NCBI GenBank assembly: GCA_963721805.1
Contig: CAVRJY010000002.1
Location: 448,001-512,000, forward strand
Direction of reading: 5' to 3'
Length of the DNA stretch: 64,000 nt
From: Nitrospirota bacterium
GTDB taxonomy: Bacteria; Nitrospirota; Thermodesulfovibrionia; Thermodesulfovibrionales; JdFR-86
This document shows, piece after piece, positions 38,872-47,360 of the stretch. The notes under the pieces are model-generated. The model searched no databases. It saw only the letters and a list, made by a program, of their open reading frames with translations, and had not been told where the DNA came from. The translations under genes were made by a program, and so were the position numbers. Positions within the stretch are counted from its first letter, which is position 1, and each line of letters begins with the position of its first letter.

Positions 38872-39513
38872 GTGAGAGCGGTACGCGCCATAAGGACCTT
38901 CGTCCCGGCCGGGCCGGTGCTGATACTCACGCTCATCGGCGTGATGCTCTTAAGCACTCTGGTCTATTACAGGGCTGTGCGCATACAGAGGTTCCTCGAG
39001 CCCGCGGTCGCGATCAGCGCCCCGCGCATCACGTTTTACCGCAAGATCAGCAACCTGATAATCGAGCAGTTCGGGATGAGCGAGATCCCCGGATTCATCT
39101 TCACCGGCGACCAGATCCTCGTCCACAAGTCCCTGCTGTATCAGGGTGCTGACGTAAACGGCATATCGCCGGCGCTGCGCAAGATCGCGCGCGTGTTCTA
39201 CCTTGCGCTCGAGGACCCGACCATGAGGCCGTATATCGATTCCATCATCGTGAGCACGCGGGCCCCGATGGGCGCCGACCCCCAGAGCAACCAGAAGGCG
39301 CGCGATTTCTATCAAAACGAGGCGAGGTTCATCCAAAACGCGCTGTTTACCGTCGAACCGGCCCTTTATTCCAACTACCCGCAGTACTTCGAGTCCTCGG
39401 TGATCATGGCGGCCATGCGCCCTGAGGACGCCGAGTGGGTCGTCTTCAGGCTGATCCCCTCAGACAGGCCGAACCTGCAAATGCTCGACCAGCTCCGCAA
39501 ATACGCCCAGTAG
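38872..39513 (+). CDS. Membrane-anchored hypothetical protein
   Basis: Single N-terminal TM; GTG 2 nt after the upstream stop; host-like codon usage. Confidence 0.7.
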   Translation: MRAVRAIRTFVPAGPVLILTLIGVMLLSTLVYYRAVRIQRFLEPAVAISAPRITFYRKISNLIIEQFGMSEIPGFIFTGDQILVHKSLLYQGADVNGISPALRKIARVFYLALEDPTMRPYIDSIIVSTRAPMGADPQSNQKARDFYQNEARFIQNALFTVEPALYSNYPQYFESSVIMAAMRPEDAEWVVFRLIPSDRPNLQMLDQLRKYAQ

Positions 39514-39550
39514 CCGGGGACTCGTTAAAGCGCGCGAAATCGCTCTCTCC

Positions 39551-39673
39551 AAAGCGCTCCAAATCGCTTGATACGTTGTTGGGCTTCAAAGACTCGCCCT
39601 CTATGTACGTCTCAGTACACCATCGGGCGGTCTTCTCGCCCTGCCTTGTCTGAAGACGATTTGGGCGCGCTTT
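39551..39673 (+). repeat. 123-bp palindromic repeat, copy B
   Basis: Near-identical to A and C. Preceded by an extra terminal fragment AAAGCGCGCGAAATCG (39527-39542). Confidence 0.9.
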
Positions 39674-39865
39674 CGGGGGTTGGACGCGGCCCAGCCGCTG
39701 GACCCCCGCGCCCCCAAGGTTAAAGGCTTAGTTAAATATTTGCTGCGATACATCGAGAGATCAAATGTACTGGGGCTAAGAACCGCTTAGAGGTGTTATA
39801 TTGCCGCAAGGCGCATTTACGTGGTAAGTGATTGTGTTTCTCGGTTGTTTTTCAGCTAAGAAATA

Positions 39866-39894
39866 TTGACAGAAGGACTTTAGTCGATTAAGAT
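39866..39894 (+). promoter_or_regulatory. Putative sigma70 promoter of the AT-rich orphan gene
   Basis: TTGACA-17 nt-TAAGAT. Confidence 0.55.
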
Positions 39895-39952
39895 AATGCT
39901 GAAACCAGTCCTTTGGGTTTTGATAGAGTACGGGAAAGGTCGAAACAATTAA

Positions 39953-40375
39953 ATGCACATTATTAGGCAGTTCATTGATGAGATGTCAAAGGGATATGGA
40001 TTCCAGATAGTACAAAAAAAGTTAACTCCCATGAACCGTAGTGTATATGAATTATCTGGCAGAAATAATTGTTTTCTTTCTCTCCACTTTAGAAGCGCTA
40101 AGCCTTATCGATGGGGAGTAACTGAAAACATTGTTTACAAATTAAAGGCGCAAAGTAAGCCGTGGGGTGTTGTATTATTTTTCGAGACACACCATAATGG
40201 TTACCTTCTATCTTCAAACGATGTATTGCATTACATTGACAATGGCATTTGGCCATTAGCTCGCGATGGTGACTACAAACCTTCTCCGGGGAAATACCTC
40301 GCAAGGAATAAAACGTTTGCTGCGATTGATGAGTTCGTATTAAATTTATCCCGAATTTGCGAAGAGCTGCGCTAA
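39953..40375 (+). CDS. AT-rich hypothetical protein (140 aa)
   Basis: Long ORF in AT-rich DNA with an upstream promoter-like element; no family recognised. Confidence 0.7.
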   Translation: MHIIRQFIDEMSKGYGFQIVQKKLTPMNRSVYELSGRNNCFLSLHFRSAKPYRWGVTENIVYKLKAQSKPWGVVLFFETHHNGYLLSSNDVLHYIDNGIWPLARDGDYKPSPGKYLARNKTFAAIDEFVLNLSRICEELR

Positions 40376-40499
40376 TTTCTTTCACAGGCAGTCAGTTCAC
40401 GTCATATAGCATTCTTACAGGCGCATTTGAGGGTCTGACAAATCAAACCCCTTCCACGGGGGGGCGGGGGTCCAGCGGCGGAGCCGCGTCTAACCCCCG

Positions 40500-40623
40500 A
40501 AAGCGATCCGAAATCAGCGTCAGACTAGGAACGGCGAGAAGACCGTCCGACGGTGTACTGAGACGTACTCCGAGGGCGTGTCTTCGAAGGCGTGACAACG
40601 TATCACGCGATTTCGATCGCTTT
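40500..40623 (-). repeat. 123-bp palindromic repeat, diverged copy E
   Basis: AAAGCGATCCGAAATC...GTACTGAGACGTAC...GATTTCGATCGCTTT. Flank 40461-40499 is the reverse complement of the tail of copy B. Confidence 0.85.
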
Positions 40624-40631
40624 AAAGAAGG

Positions 40632-41921
40632 CTACTTAGAAGAAAGACGAATCTTCACCGATCCGGCGTGGGCGGAAAGCCCTTCGGCCTCGGCTATGCT
40701 GAGAACTGTCGGGGCCAGCGCGCGGAAACCCCTCTCGCTGATCTCGATCAGGCTCGTGCGCTTAAGGAAATCATATACCCCGAGCGGTGAGGAAAACCGC
40801 GCGGTGCCTCCGGTCGGGAGCGTGTGGTTCGGCCCGGCCGCATAATCGCCTATAGGCTCAGGGCTCCACGGGCCGAGGAATATCGCTCCGGCGTTTTTAA
40901 GCAGCGGCAGCAACTTGCGTGGCGTGCGCGTCATGACCTCAAGGTGCTCCGGAGCTATCGAGTTCGAGACGTCGGCCGCCTCTTTCATGTCATTAACGAC
41001 TATGATCGCGCCGAAGCGTCTTAGCGCCTCTGCCGCGACCTCGCTGCGGTGCAGCGCCGCAAGCTGTGAGCCAAGCTCGGCGACGACCTTCGGGACGAGT
41101 TCGGCGGAGTCCGTCACTACTATCGCGCTCGCCATCGGGTCGTGCTCGGCCTGGCTCAGCATGTCGGCCGCGACGAATTTCGGATTCGCGGTCCTGTCCG
41201 CTATCACGAGTATCTCGCTCGGCCCCGCGATCATGTCTATGTCCACCTTGCCGAATACCATGCGCTTCGCTGTAGCGACGTATATGTTTCCGGGCCCTAC
41301 GATCTTATCCACCGGCCTGATCGTCTTGGTCCCGTATGCGAGCGCGCCTATGGCCTGAGCGCCGCCGATCGAGTAGACCTCCGTGATACCGAGCATGTCC
41401 AGCGCGGCCATCACGGTTGGGTTTATCTCGCCGCGCGGTGTGGGCACTACTACAGCGATCTCGGGCACCCCGGCCACCTGAGCCGGGATCACGTTCATCA
41501 GCACGGTCGAGGGGTATGACGCGCGGCCTCCTGGCACGTAGACCCCTACGCGTCCAAGCGGCGTGATGAGCTGCCCGAGCCTCGTGCCGTCCGGCTCGGT
41601 ATATGACCAGGTGCGTTCGAGCTGATGTTGATGGAACGCGCGGATGCGCGAGGCGGCTTTCTTTAGCGCAGCGACGACCTTTTTATCAGCTTTTTGCGAA
41701 TAGGTTTTGATCTCCTCTTTGGAGAGCTTAATCCTATGATGGTTGTCGAATTTTTGCGTGAACTCGACGAGCGCTTTATCGCCGCCTTGTCGCACGCGCT
41801 GGAGTATCTCGCTCACCGCCTCGGTCACACCGGCCTCGCCGCCCGATGCGCGCTCCCTGAGATGTTGCCTGAAGCGGTCGAGTCCGGCCTGCGTCTTTAT
41901 GATTTTAACGGGTGCCTTCAT
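40632..41921 (-). CDS. hisD: Histidinol dehydrogenase
   Basis: GVYVPGG, GPGNIYV, AGPSE, SQAEHD, APEHL, GPNHTLPT motifs. Confidence 0.96.
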   Translation of the reverse strand: MKAPVKIIKTQAGLDRFRQHLRERASGGEAGVTEAVSEILQRVRQGGDKALVEFTQKFDNHHRIKLSKEEIKTYSQKADKKVVAALKKAASRIRAFHQHQLERTWSYTEPDGTRLGQLITPLGRVGVYVPGGRASYPSTVLMNVIPAQVAGVPEIAVVVPTPRGEINPTVMAALDMLGITEVYSIGGAQAIGALAYGTKTIRPVDKIVGPGNIYVATAKRMVFGKVDIDMIAGPSEILVIADRTANPKFVAADMLSQAEHDPMASAIVVTDSAELVPKVVAELGSQLAALHRSEVAAEALRRFGAIIVVNDMKEAADVSNSIAPEHLEVMTRTPRKLLPLLKNAGAIFLGPWSPEPIGDYAAGPNHTLPTGGTARFSSPLGVYDFLKRTSLIEISERGFRALAPTVLSIAEAEGLSAHAGSVKIRLSSK

Positions 41922-41990
41922 ATGGCAGTTAGTGTAACGTCTGAGCCGCCAACTATGCAATATACTGGGCCGGATGTTATCATCCATATT

Positions 41991-42764
41991 ATGGACTGGG
42001 CTGGATTATCGCTGGCTGGAGAGGACGTAAACCACCTGCTGCACATAGCCCTCGTGCTTGTGGCGTCGGTCCTTTATGCCATGGGCATGATGGAGGGCCG
42101 CGCCGGGCGCGTCATGTTTTTTTCAGGCCTTTCGCTGCATGTGGTAACCCTCATCCACCGTGGCGCGGTGCTCGGCTGGCTGCCGCTTACCGAGAAGCTC
42201 GACAACGTCTCGTGGATGGCGCTCTCGATGGCCCTCTGCCACTGGTATTACACCACACGCGACAGGCTCGGGGACGTGAACCTCATAAGCCTGCCGATGA
42301 TCGTCGTGCTGAACGTATCCGCGCTCGCATTCCGGCCTGTCAACACCATGACCCCATTTATGCACTCGCCGTGGTTTTTCCTGCACACGCTGTTCTATTC
42401 GATCTCGTACGGCTACATGGGCATGGCCTCGGCCATAGGGATCCAGTCTCTCATAGCCCGCCGCCCGGAGTACGAGCCTCTGGCATACAGGGCCGCGATG
42501 GCCGGGTGGATAGCGATCTCGGTCTCGCTCTGCGCCGGGAGCATATGGTTTTTCGTCTCATACGGCACTTACTGGCTCTGGAGCGCGCGAGAGATGTGGA
42601 TCACGATAATGTGGCTGTACTGGAGCCTGTACCTTCACGCGCGGCTGATGCGGGGCTTGAAGGGCACCCCGGCGCGCGTGATCGGTGCGGCCGGTTTCGC
42701 GGTCGCTGTATTCGCCTACTTCGGCGTGGGCACGATCATCCCCTGCCCGCCCACGGACTTCTGA
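41991..42764 (+). CDS. Atypical cytochrome c biogenesis CcsA/ResC paralogue
   Basis: Multi-TM; AGSIWF..YGTYWLWSARE...YLHAR WWD-like domain lacking the Asp. Start uncertain. Confidence 0.8.
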   Translation: MDWAGLSLAGEDVNHLLHIALVLVASVLYAMGMMEGRAGRVMFFSGLSLHVVTLIHRGAVLGWLPLTEKLDNVSWMALSMALCHWYYTTRDRLGDVNLISLPMIVVLNVSALAFRPVNTMTPFMHSPWFFLHTLFYSISYGYMGMASAIGIQSLIARRPEYEPLAYRAAMAGWIAISVSLCAGSIWFFVSYGTYWLWSAREMWITIMWLYWSLYLHARLMRGLKGTPARVIGAAGFAVAVFAYFGVGTIIPCPPTDF

Positions 42765-42765
42765 G

Positions 42766-43482
42766 ATGATAAAGGCCATCACCAATTTCCTGCTCTCGAT
42801 AAAGACCGCGTTCGGCCTTTTCCTGCTCTGCATCGCGCTGAGTTTCATAGGCTCGCTGGTGCTGCCCGGAAATCTTGCGTTTTTCTCGGGCATAGATGAC
42901 ACGCCGCTCTTTAAGTGGCTCGCCGAGAGCGGCCACATTGAAAACACGTGGTGGATATATGCCTTCGTCGTGGCGATGGCGATACTCGCTCTAAGCACCG
43001 TGGCCTGCACGGCAGAGGCCCTGCTTAGCCGCGCGCTCAGGTTAAACCCCGCCCTGCGGCTCCCTACACAGGTCATGCACCTTGGCGTGCTTTTGGTGAT
43101 GCTCGGCCACCTCATGACCGCATGGATCGGCACGCGCGAGGACGTCCCGGTCACGAAGGGGGCCCCGGCCGTAAGCTCGCAGGGCGTTGCGGTGAGGCTG
43201 GTGGATGTACGCACTAAGGTGGACGAAAACGGGTATGACACCGACTGGGAGGCTGACGTGGATGCTGCGGGAGTGACCGGGACGCTCAGGCCCGCACGGC
43301 CGCTATTCCTGCAGGGCGCGGGGCTTTATCTCAAGGCCGTTACGATGACCGGAGCCTCGCCCTCAGCCCTGATATGCGTGGCTCGTGACCCCGGAGCGCC
43401 ATGGGCCCTACTCGGAGGGTTCCTGGTCTCCGCTGGAGGGGCCGCGTTCGTCCTGACGCGCCGGAGGGCCAGCCAGGCCTGA
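42766..43482 (+). CDS. Short ResB-like cytochrome c biogenesis protein
   Basis: LLSIKTA, STVACT, HLGVLLVMLGH, RDPGAPW motifs. Confidence 0.75.
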   Translation: MIKAITNFLLSIKTAFGLFLLCIALSFIGSLVLPGNLAFFSGIDDTPLFKWLAESGHIENTWWIYAFVVAMAILALSTVACTAEALLSRALRLNPALRLPTQVMHLGVLLVMLGHLMTAWIGTREDVPVTKGAPAVSSQGVAVRLVDVRTKVDENGYDTDWEADVDAAGVTGTLRPARPLFLQGAGLYLKAVTMTGASPSALICVARDPGAPWALLGGFLVSAGGAAFVLTRRRASQA

Positions 43483-44637
43483 TAGCATCAGGCGAAACCG
43501 TTCGACGTTCCAGCTTCCGTATAACTCCGAGGACTGCCCGATCATGATATCCGGGCCCCCGGTGCGCGCCTCGATCCTGCGGCGGTACCAAACGAACCGC
43601 GAGAGCATCATCACGATGCCCGCAAGCATAGTCGCGCCGCCGAGATAGACCCATATGAGGGCCGGATCGTGCACAGCGCTGATGCGCACGAAGTACCCCA
43701 TCGCGGGGCCAAGCGCGAGTTCGGGTGATGACTCGCCGGGGCCGAGCACGAATTCCCCTTCAAGCGCCCGTGCCTTAACCCTGAAGCGCGGCGAGCGCAG
43801 GTCGTATGATTTCCCGGTGAGCAGGCCCTTTGTGATCGTCTTTGCGGGCTCGAGCGAGACATACACCCCGGCGGTCGCAAGCATTTTCTTGCCCGGCGGC
43901 AGGACGTCGAGGTCCTCTTCAACCGCGACGTGCTTGAATATCAGCGGCACCCGATATCCGAAATCAGTGGCTCTGAGATAGAGCCCGCCCGCGCGCGCGG
44001 CATACCCGGACGTTGCGCGCACATCCCGATCGTCCACGGTCAGATCGGCCGAGAGGTCTCCCAGTTCAAACTCCGAGCGGTCGCCGACTTGCAGGTAGTC
44101 CGCCGGGAGTGTGGCGGATATCGTGCGCACCTTCACCTCGCGCCCGAGCAGCGTGGCCGCGTCTGAGACGTGCATGACGCGGCTCTCGGACTTTCTGAGG
44201 TGTACGCTCGCGCCAAGGGCCAGAAGCATTATGACAAGCCCGGTCCTGAGCACGAGTCCTGGCAGGAACGACCAGCGCCCGCGGGTGCCTATGATCTCGT
44301 TGTGTCGCAACGTGACGTGGAAGCCGTTTGACCTCAGCCACGCCGGGATCGCCTCGTGAGGATGGCCCGTGAGCTGCACCGCGGCATGCTCGTCCATCTC
44401 CTCGATGCGGCCGGCCTGCGGCCTGAGCGCATCGAGCGCGATCCGCGCGTTAATGGCGATCAGGTTTACGAGCATCAGGAAGTAAAGCAGCGCGCCCGGC
44501 GCGGTGTGCATGACGAGCTGGGACCAGCTCGCATAAGGGGCGTCGCCGGTCTCGGCGTACGCGACATACGCTGCCGCCCCGACGGCGCAGATCGCGGCCG
44601 TCAGCCACCACGAGCTAATGACCTTGCGTACGCTCAT
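43408..44637 (-). CDS. Divergent ResB-like membrane protein
   Basis: ResB-like topology, C-terminal HDPALIWVYLG...YRR; the usual TM3 His appears replaced (LVLRTG). Confidence 0.6.
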   Translation of the reverse strand: MSVRKVISSWWLTAAICAVGAAAYVAYAETGDAPYASWSQLVMHTAPGALLYFLMLVNLIAINARIALDALRPQAGRIEEMDEHAAVQLTGHPHEAIPAWLRSNGFHVTLRHNEIIGTRGRWSFLPGLVLRTGLVIMLLALGASVHLRKSESRVMHVSDAATLLGREVKVRTISATLPADYLQVGDRSEFELGDLSADLTVDDRDVRATSGYAARAGGLYLRATDFGYRVPLIFKHVAVEEDLDVLPPGKKMLATAGVYVSLEPAKTITKGLLTGKSYDLRSPRFRVKARALEGEFVLGPGESSPELALGPAMGYFVRISAVHDPALIWVYLGGATMLAGIVMMLSRFVWYRRRIEARTGGPDIMIGQSSELYGSWNVERFRLMLSGLAGPPARQDERGPSSGDQEPSE

Positions 44638-45986
44638 AGGTGTGACCCGCTGGTCGTGAGTTTCTGAGCCTCGTTATAGGTGCGGATCAGGTCGTCTATG
44701 CGCACGATGATCCGGCCCGAGTCGGTCTTAAACGGCAGGGGGATCGGGTTGCACCCGCCGGGCTTGTTGACCGAGTTTACGGATATGGGCGTCATGCAGT
44801 ACTTGCAAACCAGGTTCTCGCCGCGCTGGGCATAGCCCTTGGCGTCGGCGTTCCACTCGGCCGGGCGGCATATCTCGCACTCGTCGAGCGCGACGCCTAC
44901 GGTCCCGTCGGGTTTCATGATCGCGATAAACATGATCTTCTTCTGGCCGTAAGGGTAGAGGTACTTCCTGAGCTTTCCGTCCGTGAGGTCGCCAAGCCTG
45001 TCCGAGACCGGGATGCGTATCTCGCCCGTCGACTCCTCCTCGTGCACAGGGATCGGCGCGGGCTCGGACATAGGGTTCAGGGAGACGTTGGCCGCGTGGA
45101 TCGAGACCATGATAATCACGAACGCGATCATCATCGGTGCGGCGGCCAGCATGAAATCGCGGCGGAAAAACGAGACCTCCAGCCTCCGGCGCGCGGCCTT
45201 CTCGATGCCTCCGATGTTGGGGTCGGGCCGCGAGAAATGCCTCAGCATGAGCGCGAGCGGCGGGGCCAGCACCAGAAGCACCATCAGCACCATCGCCATG
45301 CTCTCGCCGCCAAGATAACGGAAGAGGCCTGAGAGCGGCACGGTCAAAAACTCATGCGGCGGTAGCATAACCTCGCCCTGGAGCGTCGATACGGCCTTGG
45401 CGAGAAACGCGGTCATGCCCTTCTGGAGCGTGACCGTCAGGTTCAGTTCGTCCACGCCGGCTACGCCCCCGAAGACTATCTTGAGCGCCCCGGTCAGAAC
45501 CAGCGCAGAGGGCAGGCTGAGCGCGCGGCCTATCAGCTCGCGGCCCGGCAGCCGCGGCAGGGCCGCAAGCGGTGCGAAGCCTATCACGATCCCGAGCGCA
45601 GCCAGTGCCGATGCGGCGGCCAGCGATTCCTTGATACGCCCGGCCTCGCGCACCGCCGAGGCAGCGGAGCGGAAATCGAAAAAAGCGAGCGCGAGCCCCA
45701 AGCCGAAAAGCGCCGTGGTTATAATCCATTTTGGCGGGGCATGGCGGAATCTCAGGTGCAGCAGTATGAGGCTGCAATACAGCAGCGAGAACTCCGCAGC
45801 CAGCCTGAAGGGTGCCCATGCCTCGGGGGTCGAGCCGCTAAAGACGATGGCGAGCGCCAGAGCCGCGAGGACGCCGGCCGCGAGCGAGCGCCACCTCTCG
45901 CGTACTGGCGGATAGAGCAGGACGATAAACAGCAGCGCGGTGCATTGCAGGGATTCGCGAAGCGCGGTTAGGAATGCCCCGGACAT
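44634..45986 (-). CDS. FTR1-like membrane domain fused to a DUF2318 Cys-rich domain
   Basis: N-terminal LRESLQ (REGxE-like), many TMs, DECEIC...CKYC...GGCNPIP. Confidence 0.8.
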   Translation of the reverse strand: MSGAFLTALRESLQCTALLFIVLLYPPVRERWRSLAAGVLAALALAIVFSGSTPEAWAPFRLAAEFSLLYCSLILLHLRFRHAPPKWIITTALFGLGLALAFFDFRSAASAVREAGRIKESLAAASALAALGIVIGFAPLAALPRLPGRELIGRALSLPSALVLTGALKIVFGGVAGVDELNLTVTLQKGMTAFLAKAVSTLQGEVMLPPHEFLTVPLSGLFRYLGGESMAMVLMVLLVLAPPLALMLRHFSRPDPNIGGIEKAARRRLEVSFFRRDFMLAAAPMMIAFVIIMVSIHAANVSLNPMSEPAPIPVHEEESTGEIRIPVSDRLGDLTDGKLRKYLYPYGQKKIMFIAIMKPDGTVGVALDECEICRPAEWNADAKGYAQRGENLVCKYCMTPISVNSVNKPGGCNPIPLPFKTDSGRIIVRIDDLIRTYNEAQKLTTSGSHL

Positions 45987-46475
45987 TTATTTAAGTATCT
46001 TGGCCAGTTCGGATTCGAGTCGCTCGGGCGAGATCGCCTTCGCGGTGCGCGCCTTCACGATCCCGTCGCGGTTGATGAAGACCACCCCCGCGCCGTACGT
46101 CATGCCGAAGGCTCGCGATACCTTGTCGTCGGGATCGAAGAAGTAGTCATCCACTCCGGTCGTCTTCGCATAGGCGTTGAGCTTTGGTATGCGGTCCTGG
46201 TGGGCTATCCACATGACGACCAGCCCGTCTTTGAGGTGGTTCTGCGCTGCCCGCTTGACCAGCGGGATCTCTTCGTTGCAGCGTGCTCACCAGCTCGCGA
46301 ACCAGTAGAGCATTACAGGCTTGCCCTTGATCGAGCTAAGCGTCAGTTCCTGTCCGCTGATGGGACTCTTTAGCGAGAAGTCCTTCGCGGGAAACTCGGG
46401 CGGGAGCCCGTCGCCGCAGGCCGAGGCGATGAAGACCAGGACGGCGAACGCGGCTATGAGGCGCGCGCGGTGCAT
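45987..46475 (-). CDS. Selenocysteine-containing TlpA/redoxin-like lipoprotein (UxxC)
   Basis: Two in-frame ORF fragments joined across TGA 46289-46287 give YWFASW-U-AR-C-NEEIP. Lipobox ASAC; 162 aa. Confidence 0.88.
46245..46286 (-). promoter_or_regulatory. Putative bacterial SECIS element
   Basis: 3' of UGA: CGCUG...CCCGCU-GGUCA-AGCGGG-CAGCG hairpin; G-first apical loop begins 26 nt after UGA. Confidence 0.7.
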
Positions 46476-46476
46476 C

Positions 46477-46647
46477 TCAGCCCTTCTTCGAGGCCTTGCG
46501 TGCGAAGCCGATTATCAGGCCGATCAGGGCCCCAAGCAGCGTGCCCGATGCGTCGTGGATGTATGACATCGGGGTGGTGATCTGCCCGGCCCCGAAGTAA
46601 AGGACGCCAAATAACATGCCGCATACGAGCCCGATCACCGCGCTCAT
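46477..46647 (-). CDS. Small two-TM membrane protein (56 aa)
   Basis: MSAVIGLVCGMLFGVLYFG...GALIGLIIGFARKASKKG. The strong RBS+ATG at 46664 is one base out of frame. Confidence 0.6.
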   Translation of the reverse strand: MSAVIGLVCGMLFGVLYFGAGQITTPMSYIHDASGTLLGALIGLIIGFARKASKKG

Positions 46648-46771
46648 GACGACGTCCTTACCATTTATACCTCCTTAGGGCAAACGATTCGCCTCTATTA
46701 GAAATTTTAACATAACGGTAAGGGCGGATGCCCGTCGGGAGGCGGGTGCGATTTGCGGGGCGCGTGACTGC

Positions 46772-47212
46772 CTATACCTCGCAGAGGGCCTTGACCTTGT
46801 CCAGGACGGCCTTGGCCTCGACGGCGTTGAGCTTCTCGACGAGCTTGCTGTCGGCGAAGGCCTTGAGGATCTCGTTGGGCATCTCGTACTCGATGCGGAC
46901 CTTAAGCTCGGTGCTCTCGGCGTCTATCTTGTTGAACTCGTAGTCCTCGTTGATCTGCACGCGGCTGCGGAGCGAGAGGCCGAATTTCTTGTCTTTCGCG
47001 AACTCGGTCACGGTGCCCTTGCCGGAGAACTTCAGCCCCATCATCTTGTATGTCCAGCCGAAGGTCATCCCGCGCTCGGGGGCGGCGGAGGAGAGGTTTT
47101 TGATCTCGACGAGGCTCGTGACGTAGCGGGTCCAGTTTTCGGGGTTGACGACGACAGAGAATACCTTGCCCACCGGGGCCTTTATGGTTACCGACTTGGT
47201 TATGACCGCCAT
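46772..47212 (-). CDS. SRPBCC family protein
   Basis: SVTIKAPVGKVF...PENWTRY N-terminus, C-terminal helix; AGGAGG RBS. Confidence 0.85.
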   Translation of the reverse strand: MAVITKSVTIKAPVGKVFSVVVNPENWTRYVTSLVEIKNLSSAAPERGMTFGWTYKMMGLKFSGKGTVTEFAKDKKFGLSLRSRVQINEDYEFNKIDAESTELKVRIEYEMPNEILKAFADSKLVEKLNAVEAKAVLDKVKALCEV

Positions 47213-47360
47213 GTGCCGATGCCTCCTTTGACGCGATAATGGTGTCCTGGCCCAGCCAGAACGCCGCGGCCGCATAACGAATCCCCTAGATTGCCCGCCG
47301 CGAGCATATTATAACAGCAAACGGGGGAATTTATCACAGGCCGGGCGATGCCCCGCGCCC

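Noticed and set aside
40428..40440. GGGTCTGAC here and GACTGTCCCC at 56021-56030 resemble half REP/RAYT-associated words
   Set aside because: Too short and unpaired, and no RAYT gene is in the window; could be chance.
46214..46290. Nonsense-mutation pseudogene reading of the redoxin
   Set aside because: The TGA sits at the catalytic Cys position with a downstream SECIS-like hairpin, so Sec recoding is the better explanation.
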